Part shown: positions 1 to 14,634 of the stretch, one piece after another
Layout: every line of letters starts with the position of its first letter
Numbering within the stretch: position 1 is the first letter of the stretch
Source: Amoebidium appalachense
Lineage: Eukaryota > Protista > Ichthyosporea
NCBI GenBank assembly: GCA_963693365.1
Contig: CAVNZM010000017.1
Span: 5,880,708-5,944,707, forward strand
Length of the DNA stretch: 64,000 nt
Direction: 5' to 3'
Made by a program: the position numbers and the translations under genes
The notes under the pieces: generated by a model
Seen by the model: the letters and a program-made list of their open reading frames with translations, nothing else
The model's database searches: none
Told to the model about the DNA's origin: nothing

Positions 1-50
1 GTCCTTGTTAGGAAAAGGGGATGGGGGGGAACTAGCGGGCACACACACAA

Positions 51-86
<36 letters not shown>

Positions 87-127
87 CCCACACACACACA
101 CACACACAAACGTTTTCATACTCATGG

Positions 128-196
<69 letters not shown>

Positions 197-215
197 CCCT
201 TTCCCCTTTCCCCGT

Positions 216-260
<45 letters not shown>

Positions 261-486
261 TCCTCCTCCTCCTCCTCCTCCTCCTCCCCGGGGATGGGAT
301 CTGGAGTGTGTATACTCTGTGTGTTGGTTGCAAAATGTGTGCATAGTATTGCCTGTCGGTGAACTTGAATATCATATAAACACACACACACACACACACA
401 CACACGCACGCACAAACACAAACACAAACACGCACACACACACACACACGCACACGCGCAAACACACACACACACACACACGCACA

Positions 487-597
<111 letters not shown>

Positions 598-1334
598 CAT
601 GCGCGGACACGCATGTACAAATATGTGCAGTATGATGCAGCAGATACAACCTAGACAGCACCCCACAACCTCAACAGAGTCCACGTGAAAAAAGCAGGAT
701 TATCCTGCTGAAAGCAGAATATCAATGATAGTGAACCGTTATAATCTATTCTGCTTTGCTTTTTGCGGATTTACTCTGCTAAATGCAAAGATTCTATTTT
801 GAGCAGAATCACGATACTCTGCTTTACGGAGAAAAACTTTGCTTTCTGCAGAGTAATTCTGCTTTTGCAGAGTAATTATGGTTCTGCAGCACAATCCCCC
901 CCCCCCCCCCCCCCCCCCACCCCCCCCTTCCCCCCCGAGCTCCTCCCCTCCTCTTCCCTCCCTCCTTCCTGTCTTAGAAGGGTCGCAAATTCATAGAGCG
1001 GGGTTTCGACATTGCTTACTCTTACATCACTCCTCCCCCCTTCCCCCCCCCCCCCCCCCCCCCCCCCCCCTTTCACCCCCCCTTCCCCCCCCCCCCCCCC
1101 CCCCCCCCTCCCCTCCCGCCGCCGTCGACCCTTCTTCCCTCTCTCCTTTCCATCCCCGTATGGGAGCCCCATTTCAAAAAGGGGGGTTTCGACATTTTTT
1201 ACTGCTTGTATACTCCTCCAACCCCCCCCCCTCCCCCCCCCCCGGCCCCCCCTTCTTTTCCCTCACCCCTTCCCCTCCCCGAAATTATTTGGCGCAATAA
1301 CCTTTGTTTTCTTAAATGTCTATGCCTTTTTTTT

Positions 1335-1550
1335 GCAAAGCCGTTTTTTAAATAAACTCTCAGATTATCCCGTTGGAAGTTAGAAGACTGGTGTATTTGG
1401 ATAATTCTGATATTACCAGGCTATCGACCATCTGTTGAATCATGGTTTGTTAAACGAGTTTTCTCGGTTTTATGATTATATAACGAGCGACAGATTATTC
1501 ACTTATCTCTGAGCTATCTGTGATATCTCGAAGACCTCTACTTTTAACAA
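1335..1550 (+). mobile_element. Short 3'-end fragment of the same LINE family as 43780-44960
   Basis: agattatcccgttggaagttagaagactgg..gataattctgatattac..tctgttgaatcatgg..aacgagttttct..tatgattat..gtgatatctcga aligns with 44749-44940. Confidence 0.7.
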
Positions 1551-2122
1551 AAACACAAAAGAAGTAAAAAGATTATCTTAGCTTAAATTTGTTGCTATGT
1601 AGATTCGCTGCCAGCAGCAGCCCTCCATCCTCCATTTGGAGGGGTTCTCTGTGATAGATATTCCTCTAAATTTGGCCAAGTTTGTTTTACTAGTTTTATC
1701 GTTATCCGTCCCCCCCCCCCCTCCCCCCCCCCCCCCCCCTTCGGAAGGCATAGATCTGTACATCACATCAGGTCCTTTCCAAATACTTTTCCCCACAATC
1801 AAAATGCACAACTCATTTAATACACAGTAAGCCATGTGTGCCACTGAGAAGTCGGGCGGTATCCCCACCATCACGTTCGCATGCATGTGCTGTGTATTCA
1901 GCCTAGGTTCAAGATCATGTTGCCATGGGCGGCGATGGAACCGGATGATTGTGGCCGAAGTGAAAAACAAGACCAGCTCGCATTTGCAGCAGTACACAAT
2001 TATACACCATAATGGATGCCTTCATTTCTCTCTCTCTCTTTCTTCTCACCCATTCTCCCCTCTTTTCTTTTCTTTCTTGTCTTGTCTTTCTTTTTTTTTT
2101 TCTTTCTTTCTTTTTTTTCTAA

Positions 2123-2155
<33 letters not shown>

Positions 2156-2379
2156 GGCATTGACAAGACGCGAAGCCATTAAAAAAAGGGGGGGAGGGGG
2201 GGAGCGCGGGGGGGGGGGGGGGGGGGGAGGGGAGGAGGGTGACTTATGTACCGTGCACTCCATACTACCATTATCATATGGAATGTGAGTCTGACCTACA
2301 CCTCAGGCACCAATACCCTAGACTCATGCATGTTTGCAATTGATGGTAGCCAAAATTAAATTAGTGTCTAATAGTACTT

Positions 2380-2443
<64 letters not shown>

Positions 2444-2558
2444 CGACGTGTAGGGGTGGCCAACTCAGAGTCAGACTGTGGATGATCCATGGCTTGCTCC
2501 GGGAGGTGCAGCAAGTGTAAAGTGCAAGAATGGTCTTTTGCGCTTGGTGTCGGTTGCA

Positions 2559-2607
<49 letters not shown>

Positions 2608-2919
2608 GCAGACACAACGGGTGGAATTTGTTGGAAAAGCAACCCCCCCCCCCCCCTCCCCCCACCTCTCCCCTCATCCCCCCGCGGCCCTAGGGCCTAG
2701 ATCTTCAGGATGGCGTGATCTCTACTACGAGGCTCTATGTTGTGTCCCTACTAATGCGGTGTATGGCAGGTCTGTCCCTAAGGTTCGTCTCCTGATAGCC
2801 GTATATTAGGTCGAGCCTCTATCTGCGAAGTTCCCTTTTATTCACTTTCTTTTCTTTTCATTTCTTCCCTTTTGTTTTTTCTTTCTTTCTTTCTTTTCTT
2901 TTCTATTCTTTTTCTTTTC

Positions 2920-2981
<62 letters not shown>

Positions 2982-3214
2982 GGAGGGGGGGGGGGGGGGG
3001 GGGGGGGGGGACGGGGGGAAGGGACGGGGGGGAGGGAGGGGGGGGGGGGGGAGGGGGGGGGGGGGGGGGGGGGAGGGGGGGGGAGGGACGGGGGGAGGAG
3101 GGGGGGGGGGGGGGGGAGGGCCGGGAGGGTTGTATCTGTAGCTTGGCTGCCCATGGCATAACAATTTTACTGCATCCATTAACTCCCAATTAGCGCCAAA
3201 TATAGCTACATATC

Positions 3215-3410
3215 AACGGGATTATGGATCTTATCCAGATGCACAATCAGGCACCAAAAGTAATTCAAATTAGGTATGTCCTGGGACATTGTGGAGGACT
3301 TGGCGCGACTTGCCCCCACCACTACCTGCAGCATTAAAACTGCTGCAGGAGAGCACAAATGCTGCTAATAGATTGGAAACAAGGCCGGGCAGATGAATTG
3401 CTAAGTAGGG
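3215..3410 (+). pseudogene. Possible decayed RNase H remnant of a retroelement
   Basis: KVIQIRYVLGHCG then, after an insert and frameshifts, GNKA/ADEL, resembling the RNase H 'WV.GH.G..GNE.AD.LA' motif. Confidence 0.3.
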
Positions 3411-3662
3411 ATTTTTATTGAATGGGTCAGAAGGTGCCAAGACATCTGCTACAGTAATTGGCCACACGGTGCATGTACATCAGTTTTCCTCGTTTCTCTT
3501 TTCTTCTCTCTTCCCCCTTACCCACACCACCTACCCACCCACGCAGCCACCCTGACCGAGCCTTTTCTTTGTTTTGTTTTTTGTTTTTGTTCTCCCCCCC
3601 CCCCCCCCCCCCCCCCCCCTTTTTTTTTTTTTCCTTTTTTTTTTTTTTTCCCCGCCGGGCGT

Positions 3663-3694
<32 letters not shown>

Positions 3695-4031
3695 GGGGAG
3701 GGGGGAAGGGGGGGGGGGGAGAAGATTTCTTTCTACCTAGGTGGGAGAAATAACAGTTGCGGAGGAGGGGGATAACTCCCAGGAGGGGGGGGGGGGAGGG
3801 GGGGGGGTCCTACCTACGCGGGAGAGAGAGCAGTCGTGTGCATTCCACGAATCTTATGCACAGGATGCGATTCATCTTCAGGCACAGGACACCAGCACCC
3901 TCCCCCCCCCCCCCCCCCTCCCCCCCCCCCCCCCCCCCCCCCCCCCCTGCCCGCCCGCTCCCACATCTTTCCTCCGTATACCCCAGCCCTTCTGGGCCCT
4001 AGAGTCCTCCACCCTTCTCCCCCCTCCCCCC

Positions 4032-4076
<45 letters not shown>

Positions 4077-4095
4077 ACCCCAACCCCCCTCCAAA

Positions 4096-4128
<33 letters not shown>

Positions 4129-5080
4129 CGGGCACAACAACAAAGAAAAACATTTGGAGAAAAAAAAAGGGACACACAAACACACACACACACAAAACAG
4201 AAACATGCACTGGGAAATTGGAAGGGGGGGGGGGGGGGGGGAGGGGGAGGGGGGGGGGGAGGGGGGTTAGATTGGGAGGGATGGGGGGAGGGGGGGGGGG
4301 GGGGGGGTGCCGTGGGGAGGTATTCCTGGATCGTTATTCCAGGCAACATAAACGTTATTCTAAGCCCCTGCCCAGATCCCTCGCTAGTTGCTAATGTCTG
4401 ATGCAAGGACACCGTGGTTTGCAATCATGTTCGAGATGTTCTTTATCAAGTTGATTTTTGAATCAAGTTATTGGTTCCTGTAAGTTCTGGAATTGTCATA
4501 TGGGATCATACGAGTGGAAGCCGCTTAAACAAGGGTTTAGTCAGCAGCTGCTTAAGAATTGCGCAAAGTTGTATGTCGTGTGTGTCCCCCCCTCCCCCAT
4601 CTCTCTCCCCTCTCCGGCCCCTGTGTGTTGTGTTCCCCTTGAGTTTGCCGATATCTCAAGTATCCATGTGTAACAATGTGCCCCAGTGTGTGTGTGTGTG
4701 TTTGTTTGTGTTTGTGTGGTAAGGAAGAGCATCTCTTTTACTTAGGGGCAGGAAGTGGTAGGAAGGAATGGATTGATTGCTGTGACTTACACAAACTACT
4801 GTTACAGCCAAGCTTGCCTCAAACCCGCAATCAACCATCCAAACGATCCGTTATGAGCAGGATTGGGTCATAGCAGATGATTTTTGGGTGACCGTATCCA
4901 ACAAATGTTTGCAGCACCAAAATGGCTGCATGCCTCCAACTCCTGGCGCATTGTGATAACAGAAAATTAAGGTGACCCCTACTTTCTTTGCTGAAAGTAT
5001 GCTCGTCTTCAGGCTAAACTGGAGCGACACAAGTCGTGGGGATGGGAATGGATGGCGCTCAAGGGTGTATGTTTGCGCGT

Positions 5081-5112
<32 letters not shown>

Positions 5113-5792
5113 GGGGGGGGGGGGGGGAGGGGGGGAGGGGGGGGGGGGGGGGGGGGGGGGAGGGGGGGGAGGGACGGGGGGTATGTCTGTTTGCAAGGAG
5201 GGGGAAGGGGCGGGTGGGTACCTGGTCTGAATATACCCCACTGGGGGGGACAGGGGGGGCGGGCAGGGGGGGTGGGGTGGTTCAACTCCCAGAAAGTTAC
5301 CAGCCAGGTTTGAACTGGCCTTTAAGCGCTTGGCCGGATTCAACGAAAAACTTTATTAATTCTCAGTCCTTCATTCTTTTGTAGAGTTTTCCATATGTAC
5401 ACAATGATTGACTCTGCCCACAGATTTTGGTTGTAATAGATTGCGGGACTCTGGTGTGCGTTTTTTTCCGATTGTGAGTGTGCGTTCGTGCAAGTTTGTG
5501 TCCGTCACTGCGTGCCATCCCCTGAGATGTATTCACGTTTTCCACACACATAAGGACACCTTTTCAAACAGTCAAATGTGGCTTTAGTTTGATCACAGAC
5601 CATACCCTGTGCCCTTAAAGTTTACTACACACGCACAAAAGGACAAAACAGAACTTCCGATAAAGGGGCACAAGTTTGTCCATCAAGCACAGGCCGAGCG
5701 ACTACCACATGCACACGAAAAACGAAAAATCAGACAGAACTGCAGGAGGGGTGTTTGGGGGGAAGGGGGGGTGGGGGGGTGGGGGTGGGGGT

Positions 5793-5831
<39 letters not shown>

Positions 5832-6626
5832 GGGGGGGGGGAGGCGGGGATGTGCTCAAGCGCAGTTGATGTTTTTCCCACAATCAAAGCCAAAAAGAGG
5901 AAAAAGAAGTACTGAATGCGTGTATGCTGCAAAAATAACGGGTGACCGGCAAAAGCCTTCTGCAGATTGTTCCTGCACTGATCGGCTGGTGATATGGCAC
6001 CACGGAAGTATCGACAAAAATGTTCGCCTTTACCTGCTGCTAAAGAGTACAAAATTAAGAGCTTCAAATATTTGTGCAAATCGAGGATTTGAACCGTAGA
6101 AGGGAGAACAGCTATGCATGAATTCGAAATTATTTTTGTACAGTGGCGGCGTAGTAAAGGGAATACACCAGGTTACCGTAACTCCATTCAGCCTAATTAA
6201 ATCACTTCTTTCTTCTGTATTCCCTTTGCAATTGTACTCAGGTTCTGATTTCGAAATTCCCAGGATTTCTCTTGAAGTTGTTGGTCTCATCAGTAAAAAT
6301 CACTAGACCTCGCAGACTCCTTTACCGCCCTTTCTGATGACCGGCAGCATGACATTTGCAGCAAGTGGCTCTACACTCTCCACTGATGCTTCCCTTCGAA
6401 TTCAGGCTGTGTGAGATTTTTCCCTCAAAGCCTATCCGTTCCAAATGTTACCTCTTAGAAAAACTCGGATCTTTCTCGACTTCAGGCTATTTGCTTGTGG
6501 GCAGTGCCCTACAGTGATGGTGGTGGTGCACACGATCGTAATAACGTGAATGGGTGCACCTGCGTGCGTGGGTGTGTGTTGCGAAAGGGAGCGGGTTGGG
6601 GTGTTTTTTTTTTTTGTTGTTGTTGT

Positions 6627-6668
<42 letters not shown>

Positions 6669-7374
6669 CTCAAAAAGGGAGAGGATTCATCTACATTACT
6701 GTAGATGGTATTATAGCCTGATAGCCACCGTTTGTGCATAATGATGCCCGTAGAAAAGGACATACATCTCCAGTCCCTCTGCTCAGGTAAAAGCACACGT
6801 GTGTGTTGAGTGTACACGGGCACTCATTTTGCACACATGTGTCCACCCATGCACGTGTCCCTGCACGCCAATGACGTGCATGCGACGAACGTGTGTGTGT
6901 GTGTGCTTGTGTGTGCACACAGATGTGGTGTGTGTGTGTGTATGTGTGTGTGACCCGCCTAGGTTCATGTGTGCGTGTGACAAAGTGTGCACACATACGT
7001 GTATGAGCAGGGGAAAAGTATTACATCAGCATATTTGCCAGCGAGTGTCGAAAGCACAAGAGAATGCATGTGTCGGGTCACAGACCACGCCCAGTTTATT
7101 TGCTATCATGTTTATCATTGGGCTAGCTCATTTCTTGGCCGATATCAAGCACTTACAACTATAGCTGCTATGTACATATCTCGGACTAACACTCATCAGA
7201 TTCTTGCATCCAGCCCGTATCCCTCTCAAAAAAGAAAAAAAAAACAATTCAACTTGTTCAAAAAAAAAAAAAAAAAAAAAATCGAAAACTCAAAGGAAAA
7301 AGGGAATTGGAACGAGAGGGACAAACAAAACAAACCCATAACACTAGATGTAAAAAAGAAAAAAAAAAAAGAAA

Positions 7375-7415
<41 letters not shown>

Positions 7416-7416
7416 G

Positions 7417-7450
<34 letters not shown>

Positions 7451-7844
7451 ATACAAACAAAAAAATGACGGTATGCTAAGGCGTGCATGCACACGCATAC
7501 ACAACACCAAGGGCAAAACTTCGAGATACACAAACACACACACAAACACACACACGGACTTGCACCACACACAGGAAAACAACTCATATCCAGAAAAACA
7601 ACACCCCCCACCTCCCCCACCTTCACCATACACATACGGACGATCAAAGGATTAGCCGATGCAAGACTTGGAGAGAGTAGCCCACGAATGATCCACAACT
7701 TGCAAATGCCCTCCCTTGTGCCTCTGTCATACATGCATACGTGCACACAAGCCCCCTCCCCCCTCCCCCTCCCCCCCCCCCCCCCCCCTTCCCCCCCCCC
7801 CCCTTCCCCCCCCCCTCCCCCCTCCCCCCTCCCCAACTCCAGTA

Positions 7845-8201
7845 TTATTGTGCATTCCCGCCCTCTCCCTTCTCCTCATCCACATCCCCTCCCTTCTTCT
7901 CATCCTTCACTCCCACCCCCCCCGCCACATCTTCCGGCTTTGCATCCGCCGGCAAATAATCACACCACGGTGTGTCTGTCCTGTTACAAGTAAATTCCAC
8001 ATTTACGAAATTCACCAAGTGTTCTGATACCATTTGCTGTTCGACACATATGGAGGAATAGGTGGTGGTGTTTAACCCCTCCATCGGATTGGTGATGTTA
8101 AAAATGGCCTGCTGCCCGCTGTGACGGACCTTGTCTCGGCCCCCATCGTCTGCCCGATCTACATTGACAAAAAGAGGTTTGTCAGTAAAAGACCCTACCC
8201 C

Positions 8202-8232
<31 letters not shown>

Positions 8233-8738
8233 AGGAACAAACACGTGCACACACACACGAAATCCTCCCCCCTCCCCCCCCCCCCAAAAAAAAAAACAAA
8301 AAAACAAAAAAAAACACACACACAGAAAATTTCCCTCCATTAAAACCCCCTCTACACAAAAAAAGATGCGCGCGTACAGCACAACCCCCCCCCCCCTCCC
8401 CCCGACTTCACCCTTTCTTGTCGTCCCTTTACACCTGCATCATTCCCCCCCCCCCCCCCCCCCCCCTTCTTCTTACACACACACTCACGCAAATCCTCCC
8501 CCTCCCCAGTTACCCTGTAGTGTTGGACCCTCATCTATAATGAACGTGTGACTGCCACTACAGCCCACGCCTACAATCACGACTGGGTACGCCTACATCT
8601 ATAATAATATAGTACTCACCATCATCCACACACACACACACCCTCCCCATCACCCTCATGCTGCCTCACATAGAGCCCACCCTCACCTGTCACCCACCCA
8701 CACCCTCGGATAGGGCCTACCCTCCTTCCAACCTACCA

Positions 8739-8801
<63 letters not shown>

Positions 8802-11015
8802 TCCCCCTCCCCCCCCCCCCTCCTTCCCCCCCCCCCCCCCCCCCCCCCCCCAACCACCGCCATCACCACACATAGAAACCATTCCATCACCCACAGCAGC
8901 AGGCCAACCTAGACCACCATGAGCCCAGCGTGTTTAAACGAGCATGCAATCCCCCCCCCCCCCCCCCCTCCCCCCGCGCACAAATGCCTAAACCACCCAT
9001 GCTGGCAATCCCAACGTCCCCCCCCCCCCTCCCCCTCCTCCCCCCCCCCCGAGCCCCCAAACACTACCCTACCCCACACCCACACAAAATTTCAAAACCT
9101 TCCCTCCCCCCCCCCCCCCCATCTCCCCAAACATCCTACCCCACCCATTCCCTTCTCTTCTCCCTTCGGTCCCCACTCCCTTGCAAACCCCCCCCCCCCC
9201 CCCCCCCCCCCAAACACCCACGAACCCCCCCACACACCCACATGGACATACCCACGTGCAGATGCCTAAAGGTCTTTGTCATTCCCGTCTTCAGCATGGG
9301 CGGCCTGTCGATCTCCAACTTGGCAAAGTCCAAAATCCTTCGCCTGAAATCGTCATCTTCCTTCCCCCACCCCCAAAACCGATTGGAGAAACCGTTGGCT
9401 GCAATCATGTCCGATATGCGCATCAGCACGATCCCTCCTAGAAATTTCCGGAATTTGTATTTAGGATGTAGGCCGGGTGCAGATACGTGGTATGGGCCGT
9501 TCTCAGGGTATCTGCACGTACTTGTCAGCAGAGGATTTCCAATGATATCCGGATATAACTACTCATGGGATGGTTGTTTTACTCGAAATCTTCTCCTTTG
9601 TCTGTTCCTGTTTTTCATTTCATTTCTTTCATTCTGTTTCGTGCGCGCGTGCGTGTGGCAACTTTTTGTTGGGGGGCCACACACACAGAGTATGCATCAC
9701 GATTTTTGGCTTGGGTTCTACACCTGTAGGTTTATTCCTGTAAACGAAATAATGAGGAGCGAACCAAAACCTGCGTACAAGGGGTGTTCTATACCCACTT
9801 ACCAGAGTTACAAGTGTACAATATTCCTTTTGGGATGCTTTTGGGATTTACGTGTGGGGTAATGGTGGTGATGGTGATAGTGGTATTGTTTTGGGGCACG
9901 CCGCCGGCGGGGGGAGGGGGGGGGGGGGGGGGGTTCTATACCTGTAATTTAGTTCCTGCTCGAGGGGCAGCAGATCCACATCCTGTAGGGCCACATAGTC
10001 GCAGTAGTGGGCCATGGCCACCAGTGTGCCTATATTTAGAAGTGACCCCCGGTTGAACCGCAGCTCATCTCGCTGGTTCACAACCTGGCGGGAGTGAGGG
10101 GGTGGAGGGCGGGGGGAGGTGGGGTGGGGATGAGGGGGGGGTATGGGGGTAAGAAAGGGTCAATGTGTGTGAGAGGGTCGGAGGGTCCGGGGGGGGGAAG
10201 GGGGGGGAAGAGAGTGGGAGTGGGTGTAGGTGGACTTCGGGGGGGGGGGGGGAGGAGGGGGGCGGCGGGGGGGAGGGGGGGGGGGGGTTGAATGCGTCAA
10301 AAAATACGAAGTACACAAGAACAAACGGATAACACGATGCAGAATGCAAGCCATACATAAAGAGTATGCATAATGAGCAGAGCCCATCCTCAGGGGGGGC
10401 CCACGTCATCCACAGTACCCGAGTTTCGACCTATTCACCTCGTTAACGAAACCCAAATAAGATACTGTTTCACTTGAACATGGGTAGGTCACCCGTCTTG
10501 ATCAGAGACGAGCAGGGTTGCTTATGCAGGCAAGGGCAGTGGGAAAGGCCGGGGGTTAAGGTTGCAGCAGTAAGCAGAAGCAAGAAAAATATAGATAGGA
10601 ACTCAGGAGACGGGGCTTCTAGGAAGCTCCCCCGTCGCTACCTAAGTCGATACTTCCCTGGCTAACATACTACACCAGCTGAAAAGAATTAAGTCCCGAA
10701 GGCCGCAGAATTCGCAATCAGAGGGGAAAATATGAAATTTGACCCACGCCGCAGGGTGGTAACACGCTACCAGGGCGGAACTTTAACGTCTTCGAACGGA
10801 AAGCTATGCCCCCGGATGTCAGCCGGAAATATGGTATCACCCATTGCTTTCGGCTTGAAAAAAGCCAAATCCGATTGTCCGAGTTATGTTACGCCGGCGG
10901 GAAACATGCCGCATGGGTTCCAAGGGAGCTGTCGCCAACAGAGCGGTGTGTGCATGCGTGCGCGTAACGCAATGTGTGAAGTGTGTCTATGGTGTGTGTG
11001 TGTGTGTGTGTCTAT

Positions 11016-11090
<75 letters not shown>

Positions 11091-11112
11091 TTGCGTATGG
11101 ATGTGTGTGTGT

Positions 11113-11183
<71 letters not shown>

Positions 11184-12463
11184 TGTGTGTGTGCGCGCGC
11201 TGCCGGCGCAGGGCGCGGGGAGGGGGGAAGAGAAACAGAGAGAGGGTTGGGGTCGGGGGTCGTGGGAGTGACAGGGAAAGCGCGGGCATTGGGGGGGAGG
11301 CGAGAGAGAGAGGGGGGAGGAAGGGGACGAGAGAGCACAGTGACGTAAGCTGTCCAATCAGATCCGCAATGGCGGAGACTGGTGCAAAATGTTTGATCAG
11401 ATCAGCTGACAGCTGCCTCTACTAAACAGTACTAGATCTGGTACTACCGAAAACACGTGAGGCATAAAAAACCGCAAACAAGGATTTCAAGAAACCCAAA
11501 AAAAAAATAACAAACAAACATTATACTTCAAAGTAAACTAAAATATTAAGGTACTCTATACGTTTTTACTATTTTTTCTTATTTTTTGATTAATTCTAGC
11601 TATAGGTCTTATGATCAGATTGATCATGTTTTGCTATAGCATTGCAAGCTCAGAAGAAAATCTCGCTCGATCTCCTTTCTGCAGAAATTTTAAACAGGGA
11701 TTGCAGTCAACTAAGAATATGTGCTAAAAATGTCAGTTTTAATGCACCAACCAGAGTTGTGTGTTTGTCTATAAGCCTTGAGTGACCCTACTTACAACCT
11801 GACGGTTGCTTTTGGTTGCCTCTTGCCGCTCCAAGTCACGCAAGCTTCAGATCCCGTAGATCAGGGTTCGAATCGGATCGCCTCGCGGAACCCTGAGCCG
11901 CGGCGCCTCTTCAATTACCCAAGAGATATTTTCCTTTTTCTTTTTAGCTACATTCATATCTTAGATATTATTATATTCTTATATGCATCTTTACCTAATT
12001 AATGATCAAGCTAAATTACTGTATAATGAAACCTTTCGTGAGCAAACTTAGGGGGTTGATAATAACAATAGCTATACTTGTTTTCCGGTGTAAAGTAAAA
12101 ACAATTCGGAAATCTACTGATCCCAGTCCCAAATGATTTATTCAACCGATCGTTTGTTGGCCAATCGCGTACCAATATTCATGCTTTCATGTGCTTTTTA
12201 ATTTTATTCAATCTGGAGATTTTTACCGAAGTCTAATTAGGCGGCTGGCGTCCGTTGCGGGACCCTATAATTATAGATGCCCACTGTGGAGAGAGAGAGA
12301 GGGGGAGAGAGAGAGAGAGAGAGCAGGAGAGAACAGAGAGGCAGGGAGATGATTGATGCACAGAGGATGAGAACTCAGCGCATTTATTTCTTGTGCACGG
12401 GGCGAACGGGAAGGGGGGTGAGATAGCCAACTTCCGAGTTTCCTCGTCCCAACCCTCCTTTAC

Positions 12464-12497
<34 letters not shown>

Positions 12498-12673
12498 AGA
12501 GAAGCAAAAAAGAAAAAAAAACACCCCATTCCGCTCTGGCCCATGCCCGTTTCTAACTTTCAACCCCCCCCCCCCCCCCCCCATGCCCCTCCCGTCATCT
12601 TTGCTGGCCTCCTCCCCCTCCCCCCCCCCCCCCCCCCCCCGCCCCCCCCCCCCCCCCCCCCCCAATAAACAAA

Positions 12674-12732
<59 letters not shown>

Positions 12733-13248
12733 ACACACACCTACTCACCCGCCTACACGCACACACACTTGGGGGCAGGGAAAAACGGGGGGGGAGGGGG
12801 GAGGGAGGGGATGCATACAAAGTACTGATGATCCACGTCTTGTTTGTTCAAGAAGGCGGTGAGGTTCGGTACCAATTCGGACAGTTCCTGAGGGGAGCAG
12901 TCGTGTCAGTTTGGTGGGGGTCTCCGAGGACGGAACGGGGGGTTGAGGGGAGAGAGAGAGGGCAGAGAGGGAGAAAGGGGGGGGGGGGGGGGGGGGGAGA
13001 GGAAGGGGGGGAAGAGGGGGGGGGGGGGGGGGTAGAAATCGGAACATATTCAAGTACGGAGCACGCTCATTCACAACAGGTAACACAATGCAGTTTGTGC
13101 CCCGGCGCGAGGTGATGGGGAGGAGGAGGGGGGGGCGAGGAGGGGGGGGGGGGGCGCAGGGAAGATATGCGCAGAAGCTTCGATGCGTTTTTTTTTGGGG
13201 GGGGGGGGGGGGGGGGGGGGGGAAGGGGGGGGGTTGGGTGGGGAGTGT

Positions 13249-13295
<47 letters not shown>

Positions 13296-14634
13296 GTTAG
13301 ATTGTGGTATACAGAACAAGGCTCAAACTCACAACGACTGATTCGCAGCAGATGTGCTAAAAGTTCAGACACCAAGTATGCAGCAAAAGAGCTCCCCCTT
13401 AGACGTGGTGGTGGTGGTGGTGATGGTTGTAAAGGTTGGGGGGGGGGGGGGGGGGGGGGGGGGGAAGGGGGGAGGGGGGGGGGGGGCAAGCCTTCTGGAT
13501 GCAAGGCGGAGAGGGGGAGGGAAATGGGCAGCGCCGGGGGGGGGGGGGGGGGGGGGAGATGGGGCGGGGATGGGGTTGGGGGAGTGGGGGGAGGGGGGGG
13601 GGGAAGGGGTTAGTCCCGGGTGTGTGTGTGTGTGTGTGGAAAGGGGGGTGGGGAGGGGGGGGGGGGTATGCATGAGAGTATCACATACTATACAAGGGGT
13701 TGTGTGTGCCTGAACGTCGCAGAGTGGGTCCGGTTAGTTGTAATGTGGGAGGGGATGGCTGGGTGTGCATGTGTGTGTGTGTTGGAAGTAGGGGGGGGGG
13801 GGAGGGGGGGGGGGGGAGGGGGGGGGGAGGAAGGAGGGATCAAGGGATAAGACAAGGAGGAGGTATTCATGGGTTGCAAAGGCAAGGTGTGGTCAACCCA
13901 TGAGGGTAGGGCGCGTTGTTGGTTTACAGCAACTAGCCCCCTACCTATTCAACGACAGCGGTGATGCACATACTTCACCACAGCCTGCCTCCCCACCCTC
14001 CCGTTCCTCTCCCTCTCTGTGTGCAACAAGACACATATGCTTCTGCCTAAAACAAAGCACCCCTTTACCCCCCCCCCCCCCCCCCCTTCCCTCCATCAAA
14101 CGTGCAGTCTCCCCCCCCCCCCCCCCCGTCCTCTCCACCCCTCCTCTTACCCCATATTCCCACATCCGCATCCTCAAACACACACGCACACGCACGCACA
14201 CAAACCTTGCAACCAATCCCCTCACTTCCTCACTTCATAAACTATTGACCGTAAAACAATTCCTTCCCCACCCCTTCGCAGCCTTGGCACACAGCAGCCC
14301 CTCTCTCCCCGCCCCTTCCCTCCCTCCCCACCCGACTTTCCCCTTCCCCTCCCGTACGTGTGTGCCAACCTGTAGATCTCTACATGCCATAATGATAAAT
14401 TGTTAGTGCACACACCTGCATTCTGTCCCTGAAAGGAATAATGACTCCCAATCTGTGCTCGCGGTACCTCCGTGGTGGTGGTAGATGATATGGTGCGTCT
14501 GTGCATGGTGAAGGAAGCAGGCCCGTCCTCTTATTTTGTACCTCTGTCAGTATTCTCCTTTGGTGTTGTTGGAAGAGCATATAGACGAAAAACATGAGTG
14601 CTACAAGAGCACCCACGCGAAACTGGAACCTCAT
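7845..14634 (-). CDS. B4GALT7: Beta-1,4-galactosyltransferase 7-like (GT7 family, xylosylprotein galactosyltransferase), 5 exons, ~346 aa
   Basis: Exons joined in frame at GT-AG sites: 14634-14416, 12887-12819, 10084-9942, 9511-9252, 8194-7845. N-terminal TM anchor (VGALVALMFFVYMLF), then RLGVIIPFRDR, VVNQRDELRFNRGSLLNIG, DYVALQDVDLLP (DxD), GPYHVSAPGLHPKY, NGFSNRFWGWGKEDDDF, KTFRHLH, EGLNTTTY and CNRTDTPWC, collinear with B4GALT7. The last acceptor is weak, and an optional 21-nt micro-exon near 8516-8536 is possible. Confidence 0.9.

Noticed and set aside
5900-6500. Minus-strand peptides VIFTDET and CCKCHAAGH suggesting a transposase or zinc knuckle
   Set aside because: Short motifs interrupted by stops with no supporting downstream residues; may be decayed TE but cannot be assigned.
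8930-9862. 310-aa plus-strand ORF
   Set aside because: Antisense shadow of B4GALT7 exon 4 plus poly-C sequence.
10410-10950. Complex, coding-looking sequence inside B4GALT7 intron 2
   Set aside because: No recognisable motif or convincing ORF, and not needed for the gene model.
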